Shown piece after piece: positions 39,344 through 48,448 of a stretch of DNA of 64,000 bases; positions within the stretch are counted from its first letter, which is position 1; each line of letters begins with the position of its first letter. A model generated the notes under the pieces. The model made no database searches. It had not been told where the DNA came from and worked only from the letters and a program-made list of their open reading frames with translations. The position numbers and the translations under genes are program-made. This DNA is from a virus. The stretch spans positions 2,817 through 66,816 of the IMG/VR virus record IMGVR_UViG_3300030107_002502; one strand, given 5' to 3'.

Positions 39344-40897
39344 CTAATAATAAGCCGATCTTCTTTTAAAATACTGTGTTTCATCAGGTTCGTCACTGGG
39401 TAGTCTTATAAACCCTCCCTGTCTGAACCTCATGAGTGCCATAACTGTAGAATCAACCAAGTCATCATGACTCATAAATGGAAATCCTGCAATCTCTTCT
39501 ATAACTTCTTCTGCCCATCTTGTCTCCGGAACCCATACAAGTCCTGAAGATACAATATCAGAAACAGAATTTAAGCGAGCCAGTTTATCTCCTGAGCCTC
39601 TATGCGGGGTATACTCCTGTATAGGCAGTCCCATTCTTCGCATCTCCTGATACAAGGCTGTCCCCGAGTTTTTCTTCTCCACAATAAACGCATCGGGTTC
39701 CCACGCAGAATATTCTCCCATTGCTAATTCTTTTAGCTCTGGAAACTCCATACGCTTTTTTATACTATTTAACAAGATAATATTATAATTATCTTTACTT
39801 TCATTTAAAAATACACCCCAAGTTGTCAGGGCAGTATAGTCAGCCCTGTTATGGGTTTCTGCTGCAGCATCAAGCGACATTATAATATACTCGCATGATG
39901 GGGGATTTGGCTCTTTCCACATCTGCCACCATTCCCTTTTAACCAGAGCAGCCTCTTCTGCGGTTGGTTCCTGCTGATACTGAGCATTCCACTGGAATAC
40001 GGGCATAGAGGCCTTGGTGCGGAGCAGTGCGTTCAAATCAAAGAACTCGGGCCACAAGGGCTTTTGTACAGATTTGTTTGTTTCTTTTTCCACAACATCC
40101 AATATAGCAGGAAATTCTACAACTTCGTACTGGTCAGACATATTATTGTTTACCATGTCGTTTGTAACACGCCCAGTAAGATCATCCATATGCCATCTTG
40201 TCTGTATAATAGCTACACGACCCCCCGGCATCAGACGTGTACGAGCACCAAAAGTAAACCATTCATAAGCCTTCTCAAATACACTAAAATTACCATTAAT
40301 AACGTCCTGTTCCGAATGCGGGTCATCCACCAGAAGTAAATCAGCACCACGACCAGCCAATGCAGAGCCAATACCGCAAGCATAATACTCACCGCCAAAG
40401 TTTGTATTCCATCGTCCTGCTGACTTGGAGTCAACAGCAAGCTGTACTTCAGGGAATATCTTCTTGTAATCGTCAGACGCAATTAAATTACGTACCTTTC
40501 TACCAAAATCCACCGCCAAATCGGTTGTATGTGATACCATCATCACTTTTTTATTAGGATTTCTACCAAGAAACCACGCAGGAAACATAATGGACACAAG
40601 CTGGGATTTACCGTGTCTAGGGGGAATATTGACACAAATCCGGTCTTTTTTGCCCTGCTCAATGTCCATTAACAGGTTAGCCAGTATCCTATGATGTTTT
40701 CCAACTTTATAGTCAGGCTGCATATGTTTGCAAAATTCAATCAAATCATCGTAAACCCGATCCTTATATTTACGATTTGACAATTCATCGACCAATTTAT
40801 TTATTTCTGTTACTTCTTCAGAGGAATATTGGTCAAGATTGTCCAGCATTACGGTAATTTCTTCTTCAGAAAAGTCTATAGCGGCTTCAGCTGTCAT
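39344..40897 (-). CDS. terL: Terminase large subunit
   Basis: Walker A PPRHGKS, Walker B LLLVDDP, QTRWH, nuclease SLDAA and HDDLVDS; start moved to ATG 40897. Confidence 0.92.
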   Translation of the reverse strand: MTAEAAIDFSEEEITVMLDNLDQYSSEEVTEINKLVDELSNRKYKDRVYDDLIEFCKHMQPDYKVGKHHRILANLLMDIEQGKKDRICVNIPPRHGKSQLVSIMFPAWFLGRNPNKKVMMVSHTTDLAVDFGRKVRNLIASDDYKKIFPEVQLAVDSKSAGRWNTNFGGEYYACGIGSALAGRGADLLLVDDPHSEQDVINGNFSVFEKAYEWFTFGARTRLMPGGRVAIIQTRWHMDDLTGRVTNDMVNNNMSDQYEVVEFPAILDVVEKETNKSVQKPLWPEFFDLNALLRTKASMPVFQWNAQYQQEPTAEEAALVKREWWQMWKEPNPPSCEYIIMSLDAAAETHNRADYTALTTWGVFLNESKDNYNIILLNSIKKRMEFPELKELAMGEYSAWEPDAFIVEKKNSGTALYQEMRRMGLPIQEYTPHRGSGDKLARLNSVSDIVSSGLVWVPETRWAEEVIEEIAGFPFMSHDDLVDSTVMALMRFRQGGFIRLPSDEPDETQYFKRRSAYY

Positions 40898-41492
40898 CTG
40901 ATTTCTCTTCCAGACCAAGTTCCTTGTCTGCATCGAAGGATTCCCCTTCAATAACAACCGCATCTTCCACTTCTTCTTCAGGACTCATTAATTTTTCCAG
41001 CTTTTTACGTAATTTTTCCTTCAAATCACTTGTTGACTGGTGTGTTATGGTCACTTCCGACTTTTCTGCGAACAATCCAACATCAGAAATCTTACCAAGA
41101 AGCTCCAAAGCACGTATACGTACTTTCGCATCGGGGTTTTCTGTCTCCAGAATCAGCTTATTTGTTACCATATGCCTTATATGTACGGAATTTTTAACAA
41201 CAGCCTTGCCAAATTCACTTAAAATACCATCAGTCAGCATAAGGGAAGCAGGTGTAAGGGCTGCCGCCTTGTTGTTTGTGACCTTTTTAGAGGTTTTTTC
41301 AGGGTTATCGGCATAAGAAGTAGCTAACTTAGCCGCTACATCCTTATCTTCAGCAGTCGGTTCAAGGTCAAGCCCCTGTTCCTCAAGCTCTTTTGCTGTA
41401 TTAGCGGAAGCTTTGGTGCGAGTCTTCAGGTCCACAGACTTCAAGTCCGGTGGTTTTTCAACACCAACTTCAGGTTCTACAAGTATAGTCAT
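40887..41492 (-). CDS. Putative terminase small subunit
   Basis: Directly upstream of terL; RIRALELLGKISDVGLF motif. Confidence 0.65.
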   Translation of the reverse strand: MTILVEPEVGVEKPPDLKSVDLKTRTKASANTAKELEEQGLDLEPTAEDKDVAAKLATSYADNPEKTSKKVTNNKAAALTPASLMLTDGILSEFGKAVVKNSVHIRHMVTNKLILETENPDAKVRIRALELLGKISDVGLFAEKSEVTITHQSTSDLKEKLRKKLEKLMSPEEEVEDAVVIEGESFDADKELGLEEKSDDS

Positions 41493-41915
41493 ACATAATA
41501 TATCGCAGGTTTAATTACCGTTAACTACTATATATACAAAAAAAATTTTTTTACAAGCGGTTTTTGGGTCCCATATAGGGGGCCTTCCTATATTTCAAAA
41601 TTTTACAGATTATTCGTGTAAAATGATATTCTTAAGAAGAAGATGGTACCAATTCAAAATTCGGGGTGCATGGGGGGGCGTATGCTTTCCCATAGCAAAA
41701 AATGGCCTTTTGAAACCAGTTTTTAAGTATTTAAACTTATTATATAGTGTTGTTTTGTGTTTATCTATTGTAATTCATATCATTTTATGCTTATATATAA
41801 TCATCAAGCAGGCAAATGCTTGGCGACTAGCCAAGTTTAAAGTATTGCCACGTTGTGGCATTAATCAGATACAATGTCTGAGCGGCTTGGTTAGTGGATG
41901 TCATAGGAGTAACTC

Positions 41916-42692
41916 ATGACAAAAACTAAAGAAGTTGTGGCGGCAACTGAAAACGCACCTATCGTTGAAATCTCAAAGGCAGTGAGGGAGCTAAAAGCTC
42001 TTCCTGATTTTGGTAGTGATCTTATTGTTAGATCATTGCAAAAACAAACAGAGGGAGCCAAGCTTGAAGGTGATTTTGTAGAGTGGTGTTTTAAGGAAGA
42101 CATTCCTAGCACTCATTTTATTTCACCTAATGAAGTCAATTCAAATAAGGCCAAGAAAACTTATTTGAAAAGCACTGCCTCTGCTGAGTTTTATGCTGAT
42201 TGCATAAACAAGGCTAGGCTTGGTAAATTCGGTGAGCTAGGAGCTAAGGCTCTTGGCTTAGCGAGTGCAGAGCAAGTTAGGTACCATCCTGACTTTGTAG
42301 ATACTAAGCTAGGCGGAGATAACTGGGCTAGATGGTACACTGCAAATAACAGTGTGGCTTCTGGTATAGTTTCCGATTGGAAAGCTAAGCTTGAACGTTT
42401 CGAGAAAGCTGAGGCCAAGAAGAAAGCCTATAAGGCTGAGATTGAACTGGCTGAGAAAGAGGGCCGTAAGCCTAACCTTGCTCAGTTCAATGACGAGAAA
42501 GGTGCGAATCAGAAACGAAAGACCATTGGTCAAAAGTTTCAAGCCCATCTTGACAATGCTCTGAAGAGTCTAACGACTTGGAAGAATATGGATAATGTTC
42601 CAGATACAATCCTGGTTGTGGCTGAACAGTATGCTAAGGACATCAAAGCAATGATGGCCGAGGCCAAGAAGGCTGAGAAGATTCGCCAATAA
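41916..42692 (+). CDS. Hypothetical protein, first gene of the rightward arm
   Basis: 258 aa, AGGAG RBS, K/A/E-rich. Confidence 0.75.
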   Translation: MTKTKEVVAATENAPIVEISKAVRELKALPDFGSDLIVRSLQKQTEGAKLEGDFVEWCFKEDIPSTHFISPNEVNSNKAKKTYLKSTASAEFYADCINKARLGKFGELGAKALGLASAEQVRYHPDFVDTKLGGDNWARWYTANNSVASGIVSDWKAKLERFEKAEAKKKAYKAEIELAEKEGRKPNLAQFNDEKGANQKRKTIGQKFQAHLDNALKSLTTWKNMDNVPDTILVVAEQYAKDIKAMMAEAKKAEKIRQ

Positions 42693-42710
42693 CTTCACAA
42701 TAACTAAGAA

Positions 42711-42736
42711 GGGGGGCAGGGATAATCCTGCCTCTC
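42711..42736 (+). terminator. Possible terminator hairpin
   Basis: GGGGGGCAGG-GATAAT-CCTGCCTCTC, weak U-tract. Confidence 0.4.
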
Positions 42737-42762
42737 TAATCCCTAACTTATAGGAGGCTACT

Positions 42763-42996
42763 ATGCCAAAAGCAAGTAGAAACTTTGTCAATCTTGACAG
42801 AGTAAATGAGGCTGATCTTTTTAGAAATAAAAAGGTTTTATCTTTAACATCTAAAGAGGAGGCTATAAGGAATTTCATAGATAGTAATTACTATCAACAT
42901 GTTATGCCTACTATAATCAAAATGATTGTAGGACCTGAGCTAAAGCATGAGCATTCGCTCATTGAAAAAGAGCTTAAGAAATGGGGTACTAAATGA
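42763..42996 (+). CDS. Hypothetical protein
   Basis: 77 aa, AGGAGG RBS. Confidence 0.65.
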   Translation: MPKASRNFVNLDRVNEADLFRNKKVLSLTSKEEAIRNFIDSNYYQHVMPTIIKMIVGPELKHEHSLIEKELKKWGTK

Positions 42997-43193
42997 GGGC
43001 CCGTGCAATACATAGGGAGGAGCCGACTATGGCTCCTCTTCAGAGAGTAACCATATATCTAACTCATAAAGAAATGGATATGATGGAGAATAAATGTAGA
43101 GAATGTGAAGAAGCATTTGGCTTCCGTCCTACAACAAAACAGCAAGGTGATATGTATAAGCATGCATACTTTGCACATAGGAGTAACAAATGA
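42993..43193 (+). CDS. Hypothetical protein
   Basis: 66 aa; alternative start at MAPLQ behind GGGAGG. Confidence 0.55.
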   Translation: MRARAIHREEPTMAPLQRVTIYLTHKEMDMMENKCRECEEAFGFRPTTKQQGDMYKHAYFAHRSNK

Positions 43194-43375
43194 GTGAATA
43201 CTTTATTAACTTTGTTAAGCTTATATTATTCATAGCTTCCGTTTGCCTGTTATGGTTATCAGGCGGGGAAGTACTAAGCGATGCAGGGATAGGAATTACA
43301 GTGATATACACTGTGTCAGCTATTGCCTGCTTACTACTAGGCATGTCCATTTGGATAGATATGAACGGTAGATAA
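43190..43375 (+). CDS. Small two-TM membrane protein
   Basis: 61 aa, two hydrophobic helices, AGGAG RBS. Confidence 0.6.
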   Translation: MSEYFINFVKLILFIASVCLLWLSGGEVLSDAGIGITVIYTVSAIACLLLGMSIWIDMNGR

Positions 43376-43381
43376 TAGATT

Positions 43382-43414
43382 GGGGATACAGAGGTAACAT
43401 TCTGTATCCCCTTT
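43382..43414 (+). terminator. Terminator-like hairpin
   Basis: GGGGATACAGA-GGTAACAT-TCTGTATCCCC-TTT, perfect 11-bp stem. Confidence 0.7.
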
Positions 43415-43572
43415 GATACCAGTGTTAAGGGGAGCGTAGAGCCTCTGACATAAAAAAAGATTGGCTTGAGTCCTCAATCACAGGGTTACTCGTTAGTGAT
43501 TCACTAACGAAATGACACTCGGAGTAGCAACGAGTAGCACTGAAACCAGTGTTTGGTGGAGCGTAGAGCCTC
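43414..43572 (+). repeat. 32-bp imperfect direct repeat x2
   Basis: TGAWACCAGTGTT-N4-GGAGCGTAGAGCCTC at 43414 and 43541. Confidence 0.85.
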
Positions 43573-43617
43573 ATGACTCGTTAGTGAATCACTAATGAAC
43601 TTGTTAGCACGTGTTTG

Positions 43618-43962
43618 TAATGTTCCATAATGTTCCATGAATGTTCCATAATGTTCCATAACTGTGGAACATTATTGTTTTGTTATGTTTTGTTTAGTTC
43701 TATTAGTAGCAATGAGTTTTTGTCCTATCAGAACTTGCAGTTTAGTATAGTTTTATAAATATTTTATAATGTTCCCTTTTAGGAAAATTGGACTCCGTCT
43801 TATTGAGATATATTAGCAAGTTTTCAAATGTTCCTCTGTTCGAGAGACCCTTCTGAGCGTAGTCCAATTTCCGTTTTCACGGCAACATTGGAACATTCTA
43901 ATTAAATCAATGACTTACACAGTAGCACTGTGGAACATTACAGTACATTACAGTACATTACA
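43618..43962. repeat. Iteron-like AATGTTCC / GGAACATT cluster (candidate origin or terminus)
   Basis: AATGTTCC at 43619, 43629, 43640, 43650, 43768, 43827; inverted TGGAACATT at 43665, 43889, 43931; then CAGTACATTA x2. Confidence 0.85.
43905..43917 (+). promoter_or_regulatory. IHF-consensus site
   Basis: AATCAATGACTTA matches WATCAANNNNTTR exactly. Confidence 0.5.
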
Positions 43963-44026
43963 TAAAAACACACAATATAACATACTTTGACACGTACACC
44001 TAAGCAAATTAATTATTAGTTACCTA

Positions 44027-44055
44027 TTGACATTCCTCGATAGATGTGTTATAAT
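44027..44055 (+). promoter_or_regulatory. Consensus sigma70 early promoter
   Basis: TTGACA (44027-44032), 17 bp, TATAAT (44050-44055), with extended -10 TG and AT-rich upstream sequence. Confidence 0.88.
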
Positions 44056-44084
44056 AATAGTATAATAAAGAAAGGATAAAAATT

Positions 44085-44273
44085 ATGAGTAAGAAAAAAT
44101 CTGTTAGTGAAACACTAACGAAGAATATTAAAAAAGCAAGAGAGCAATTACAAAAAGAAGTTCAAGAGTTCATTAGGTTCAACAATAGAAAAATGAATCC
44201 TATTGAAGCACACGAGTATTTGCATAAGGTAGTTGCTCGCAATTTTAACCAACCAAAGAAGGAGGACATATAA
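44085..44273 (+). CDS. Small basic early protein
   Basis: 62 aa, first ORF after the promoter, AAGGA RBS. Confidence 0.65.
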   Translation: MSKKKSVSETLTKNIKKAREQLQKEVQEFIRFNNRKMNPIEAHEYLHKVVARNFNQPKKEDI

Positions 44274-45184
44274 TGTCTGAACAAAATAAAACTGTTAGTG
44301 ATTCACTAACCGAAACTGTACCATCACTCTCATCAAGTGCAATGCTAGTCGATTTGCAGATATCTCAGTTTACTGGTAGTAAAAAAGATAAGAAGGCATC
44401 AGAACAAGTTACTGCAATCAACAACGCAGACAAGGGTGTCGCCAACGTACACAAGAAACTGCTTGGTAACTGCAAGGAACTTGATGACATCAAAAAGCAC
44501 GTTGGTGAAACTCGTAACCATTACCATTATGCTATGACTATGCCTTGGTCGAATATGGGTTTGCGATTATTGACAACACCTAATTACTTTAACTACCATA
44601 AGGCTATGACCGAACGGCAGGCTACTTTCGCATCACTTGTTGACACGTTTCTACAGAGTTATGAATGGAAGGTGTCGCAGGTAAATGCTAATCTTGGTAA
44701 CTTGTTCAATCGTTCTGATTACCCAACACTTAGTGAGATGAAACGCAAGTTTGCTTTTAATCTTGATTACCCACCATTACCCGATGCAGGCGATTTTCGT
44801 ATTGACATTGGTAATGAAGGTAACAAGGCTTTGAAGGAAAAGTACGAAGGTTACTATGCCAAACAACTGGAGAACGCAATGGGTGACGTGTGGACACGTT
44901 TACACGAGAGCCTATCAAATATGTCCGAACGTCTTGACTATCAAGGCAAAGGAGATAAGAAGACCTTTCGAGATACTCTCGTATCGAATGTTGAACATAT
45001 GATGGGTCTTCTTAAAACATGCAACGTAACGAATGACCCTAAGATGGAGCAGGCACGTATCGAACTTGATGATGTCTTGCGTGGTGTCACACCCGATGCT
45101 TTGCGTGAAGACGATTACCTACGTTCGCAGACTAAACAGTCTGTTGATGAGGTCATCAAATCATTACCATCAATTAACTTTTAA
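44273..45184 (+). CDS. DUF3150-like early protein
   Basis: 303 aa; SAMLVDLQIS...KKD...MPWSNMGLRLL...DYP pattern; precedes the AAA/VWA pair. Confidence 0.55.
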   Translation: MSEQNKTVSDSLTETVPSLSSSAMLVDLQISQFTGSKKDKKASEQVTAINNADKGVANVHKKLLGNCKELDDIKKHVGETRNHYHYAMTMPWSNMGLRLLTTPNYFNYHKAMTERQATFASLVDTFLQSYEWKVSQVNANLGNLFNRSDYPTLSEMKRKFAFNLDYPPLPDAGDFRIDIGNEGNKALKEKYEGYYAKQLENAMGDVWTRLHESLSNMSERLDYQGKGDKKTFRDTLVSNVEHMMGLLKTCNVTNDPKMEQARIELDDVLRGVTPDALREDDYLRSQTKQSVDEVIKSLPSINF

Positions 45185-45227
45185 TCCGTTAGTGAATCAC
45201 TAACACAATCTCTAAAGGAGAAACAAA

Positions 45228-46319
45228 ATGAGTATACAAGCAACTAGAGCATACGCTCAAAACCACGATGAAGTATGTAACACAATCATGTCCATGCCTT
45301 GGAACACAACATTAGTCCAAGGTCATATGGGTATTGGTAAATCAACATTACTTGAGATGTTGAAGAAAATAACTGGACACCTTGCATTCTATGTGGACTG
45401 TACCACGTTGGATATTGGTGACATAATGATACCCAAGATTAACCATCTTGAAGGTGTGGACTTTGTATCGTATGCAATCAATGAAGCCTTTGGACTTCAT
45501 AAAAACGAGCCCGTCATCATCATGCTTGACGAGATTGGTAAAGCCAATCCATCAGTAAAGAAAGGTCTTACACGTTTCATGTTGGAGCGACAGATTGGTA
45601 ACTACAAGCTACACCCTAAGTCGTTATTGTTTGCGACAACTAACTTATCTGCTGAGGGTGTCGGTGATATGTTTGAAGCACACCAATGTGATAGGCTCAA
45701 CATGATTGAGATGCGTAAGCCTACATCAGAGGAATGGCTTTCCTATGCCGTCAATGAGGATGCTGATTTTAATATACTTGGCTTTGCCAAAGAGTTTCCT
45801 CAAATCTTTGATGACTTCCGTGATGTAAAAAATCCCGATGACAACCCATACATCTATCACCCACAAGCCGTTGGTCGTGAGAAGTTTGTTACACCTCGTG
45901 GCTTAATGAAAGCAAGCCACCTGTTGAAGGCTCGTGATAAGATGACAGATAACTCGTTAATGAGTAATCTTATCGGTACTCTTGGTCAACGGGCATCTAT
46001 GGACTTGATGTCTTTCGTTAAGTTGGCTGATCAAATGCCAAAGCGAGAGGATATCATCAAAGACCCAAGCACGGCTAAAGTTCCCGACAGTGCGAGTGCT
46101 ATTTGCATGGTCGTATTTAGTGCGTTGGCATCAATGGACAAGGACTTTATAAATCCTTGGATGACTTATCTTGATAGGCTTGATAAAGAGGCTCAAGGTA
46201 TGTTTGCCAATGGTGTGCGTGATGGCAAGTATGGCAAGCAGTCACTTGTTATGACAAATGCGAAGTTCACAGAGTGGGCTAGAAAAAATAACTATATGTT
46301 CGCATCGGACAAAAAATAG
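45228..46319 (+). CDS. MoxR-like AAA+ ATPase
   Basis: Walker A GHMGIGKST, Walker B IIMLDE, sensor ATTN, TPRG. Confidence 0.85.
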   Translation: MSIQATRAYAQNHDEVCNTIMSMPWNTTLVQGHMGIGKSTLLEMLKKITGHLAFYVDCTTLDIGDIMIPKINHLEGVDFVSYAINEAFGLHKNEPVIIMLDEIGKANPSVKKGLTRFMLERQIGNYKLHPKSLLFATTNLSAEGVGDMFEAHQCDRLNMIEMRKPTSEEWLSYAVNEDADFNILGFAKEFPQIFDDFRDVKNPDDNPYIYHPQAVGREKFVTPRGLMKASHLLKARDKMTDNSLMSNLIGTLGQRASMDLMSFVKLADQMPKREDIIKDPSTAKVPDSASAICMVVFSALASMDKDFINPWMTYLDRLDKEAQGMFANGVRDGKYGKQSLVMTNAKFTEWARKNNYMFASDKK

Positions 46320-46350
46320 TTAGTGAATCACTAACGGAAAGGAGAGACTA

Positions 46351-47556
46351 ATGTTAACCATAGGTAAAACATTAAGTGTAGAGCAACGATTGCAAAAGGC
46401 AGTCGTTGACATCATGGCTAATCCAAAGTACATCGCACTTGCAGGTGTACTGATGATTGGTGAACGTGCAGTAACAGATGACCCTGCGATAGGTACGGCT
46501 TGTACTGACGGCAAGAATGAGATTTATAATCGTGAGTTCTGTGAGAAACTCAATGACGCAGAGTTACGATTTCTTATCTTGCATGAGAACTACCATAAGT
46601 TGTATCGGCATATGATAACGTGGCAACATCTGTCCAAGGAAGACCCTCTACGAACTAACATGGCAATGGACTTTGTTATCAATATCAAATTGGTAGATGA
46701 TAACAAGGATAACTTTGCCACGATGACGGGTATACTTGAGAAAGGTTGTCTCAACGAGAAGTATCGTGGTTGGGATACGGCACGGGTCTTCAAAGACTTA
46801 CCCGAAAGTGACGATGAATGTGGTGGAGGTCAAGGCAATGGTCAAGGTGAACCATTCGATATTCACGATTGGGACGGAGCTGAGGGTCTTAGTACCGAAG
46901 AGAAGAACAAGTTATCACGTGATATTGATGAAGCCATACGCCAGGGAGCGATGATAGCAGGCAAGGTCGGCAATGGTGCTGACCGAGAACTGACCGAGTT
47001 GCTCAAGCCACAGATTGATTGGCGACAAGTATTGCGTGAGTTCGTCAAGGACACGTGTGCAGGCAAGGACTTCTCGACTTGGCAAAGACCGAACAGACGT
47101 TTCATTGGGTCGGGTATTTATATGCCAAGTAGTTTCACCGAGAGGGTCGAGGGTATTGCCGTTGGTGGTGATATGTCGGGTTCGATTGGCGAACGTGAGC
47201 AGGCAGTTATACTTACCGAGGTTTCAAGTATGGCTGAGATTGTCAAGCCATCGTGGTTGCGTATGCTCTATTGGGATACCGAAGTTGTTGGTGACGAGAA
47301 GTATGAGATGCACGAACTGGATAACTTTGTCAAGTCTACCAAGCCAGTAGGTGGTGGTGGAACTGACCCTAGTTGTGTGCCTCTGTACTTGCAGACCCAC
47401 AAGATAACACCTCAATGTGCAATTATGATTACTGACGGATATGTCGGTTCTTGGGGTAAGTGGAGTTGTCCAGTGCTTTGGGTCATCATTGACAACGATA
47501 GTGCTACGCCTAGTGTTGGCAAGTATGTTCACGTCAAGTCACACGAAATCTGTTAG
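46351..47556 (+). CDS. Metallopeptidase-like plus VWA domain protein (DUF2201 type)
   Basis: TACTDG, HENYH (HExxH), MIDAS DMSGS, GGGGT and ITDG. Confidence 0.85.
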   Translation: MLTIGKTLSVEQRLQKAVVDIMANPKYIALAGVLMIGERAVTDDPAIGTACTDGKNEIYNREFCEKLNDAELRFLILHENYHKLYRHMITWQHLSKEDPLRTNMAMDFVINIKLVDDNKDNFATMTGILEKGCLNEKYRGWDTARVFKDLPESDDECGGGQGNGQGEPFDIHDWDGAEGLSTEEKNKLSRDIDEAIRQGAMIAGKVGNGADRELTELLKPQIDWRQVLREFVKDTCAGKDFSTWQRPNRRFIGSGIYMPSSFTERVEGIAVGGDMSGSIGEREQAVILTEVSSMAEIVKPSWLRMLYWDTEVVGDEKYEMHELDNFVKSTKPVGGGGTDPSCVPLYLQTHKITPQCAIMITDGYVGSWGKWSCPVLWVIIDNDSATPSVGKYVHVKSHEIC

Positions 47557-47638
47557 TGAATCACTAACGAGTTACCACGGCAGTTGTAAAATGCAGCGGC
47601 AGCTGCAAGCCAGTTAACTTATCGCAGGAGAACTTGTT

Positions 47639-47755
47639 ATGAGAGGAAGAAACCAAAAAAGTAAGTTTGCCTATCGTAGAATTAAAAAAATACAAAGGGC
47701 ACGAAAAGATAAATTTAAACCCACAACCAATAGGAGGACAAAATGGGTAAAATAA
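47639..47755 (+). CDS. Possible small basic protein (38 aa)
   Basis: AGGAG RBS at 47626; MRGRNQKSKFAYRRIKK. Confidence 0.4.
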   Translation: MRGRNQKSKFAYRRIKKIQRARKDKFKPTTNRRTKWVK

Positions 47756-47922
47756 AACAAGTAATAATTGAAGCAGAGGAAATGCTCGTGGAGTTGTTGA
47801 ACGACATGGGCATGACTAACGACCAAGCCTTGCGAACTATCGAGAATAAACTCGGTAGTTTAGGTAGGGAACACGCTGAAGGTCTATTAAAAATGTGGAA
47901 GGAGGAAGACAATGGGATATAG
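47743..47922 (+). CDS. Hypothetical protein (59 aa, not in ORF track)
   Basis: AGGAGG RBS; MGKIKQVIIEAEEMLVELLND. Confidence 0.65.
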   Translation: MGKIKQVIIEAEEMLVELLNDMGMTNDQALRTIENKLGSLGREHAEGLLKMWKEEDNGI

Positions 47923-48448
47923 AAGTCAAGTCCATTTGTTGTTTGGCATGAGCAGTAAATCTCATCTGCAACAACTGGTATCTGTGTATCGGATGTTGCC
48001 TGCCGTTCAAAAGCATAACCTAATGGAGCAGTGGGATTATCATGTTGAAGAAAAGTGTGGGGATATGTCACGTAACTTTGACATAAACTATTTGCATTTT
48101 TACGGAAACGATTGGAAATGGTACGATGAGTATGATGAAGTGCAAGCCTTACAAGCCATTTTAGACCTAGGCAAAAAGTTTTGGTCTGAAAGAAAGTTTC
48201 CCTTTGCGTATCGGTTGGTACGCACGGGGGAAGATAGTGGTGATGTCGAAGAATATAACGACACTACTGTAACAGATGAGGATACAGATACGAAAGGAGC
48301 AGAGGACGCAGAAACTATGTCTGAGTTCTTTCAAGAACTTATCTATCCTTATAACAATATAGAAGTCAATATTAAGCAATATGTTAGTGAATATGAAGCT
48401 GAGACTGATGAACTAATAACAAAACTAGAAGAAGGAGAAACTAAATGA
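47912..48448 (+). CDS. Hypothetical acidic protein
   Basis: 178 aa; MGYRSQV...WKWY...RTGED pattern. Confidence 0.7.
   Translation: MGYRSQVHLLFGMSSKSHLQQLVSVYRMLPAVQKHNLMEQWDYHVEEKCGDMSRNFDINYLHFYGNDWKWYDEYDEVQALQAILDLGKKFWSERKFPFAYRLVRTGEDSGDVEEYNDTTVTDEDTDTKGAEDAETMSEFFQELIYPYNNIEVNIKQYVSEYEAETDELITKLEEGETK

Noticed and set aside
41623-41919. 98-aa plus-strand ORF
   Set aside because: No clear RBS, crosses low-complexity AT- and G-rich tracts, probably non-coding
47592-47607. TGCAGC-GGCA-GCTGCA hairpin after a palindrome copy
   Set aside because: A short stem with no U-tract that could arise by chance
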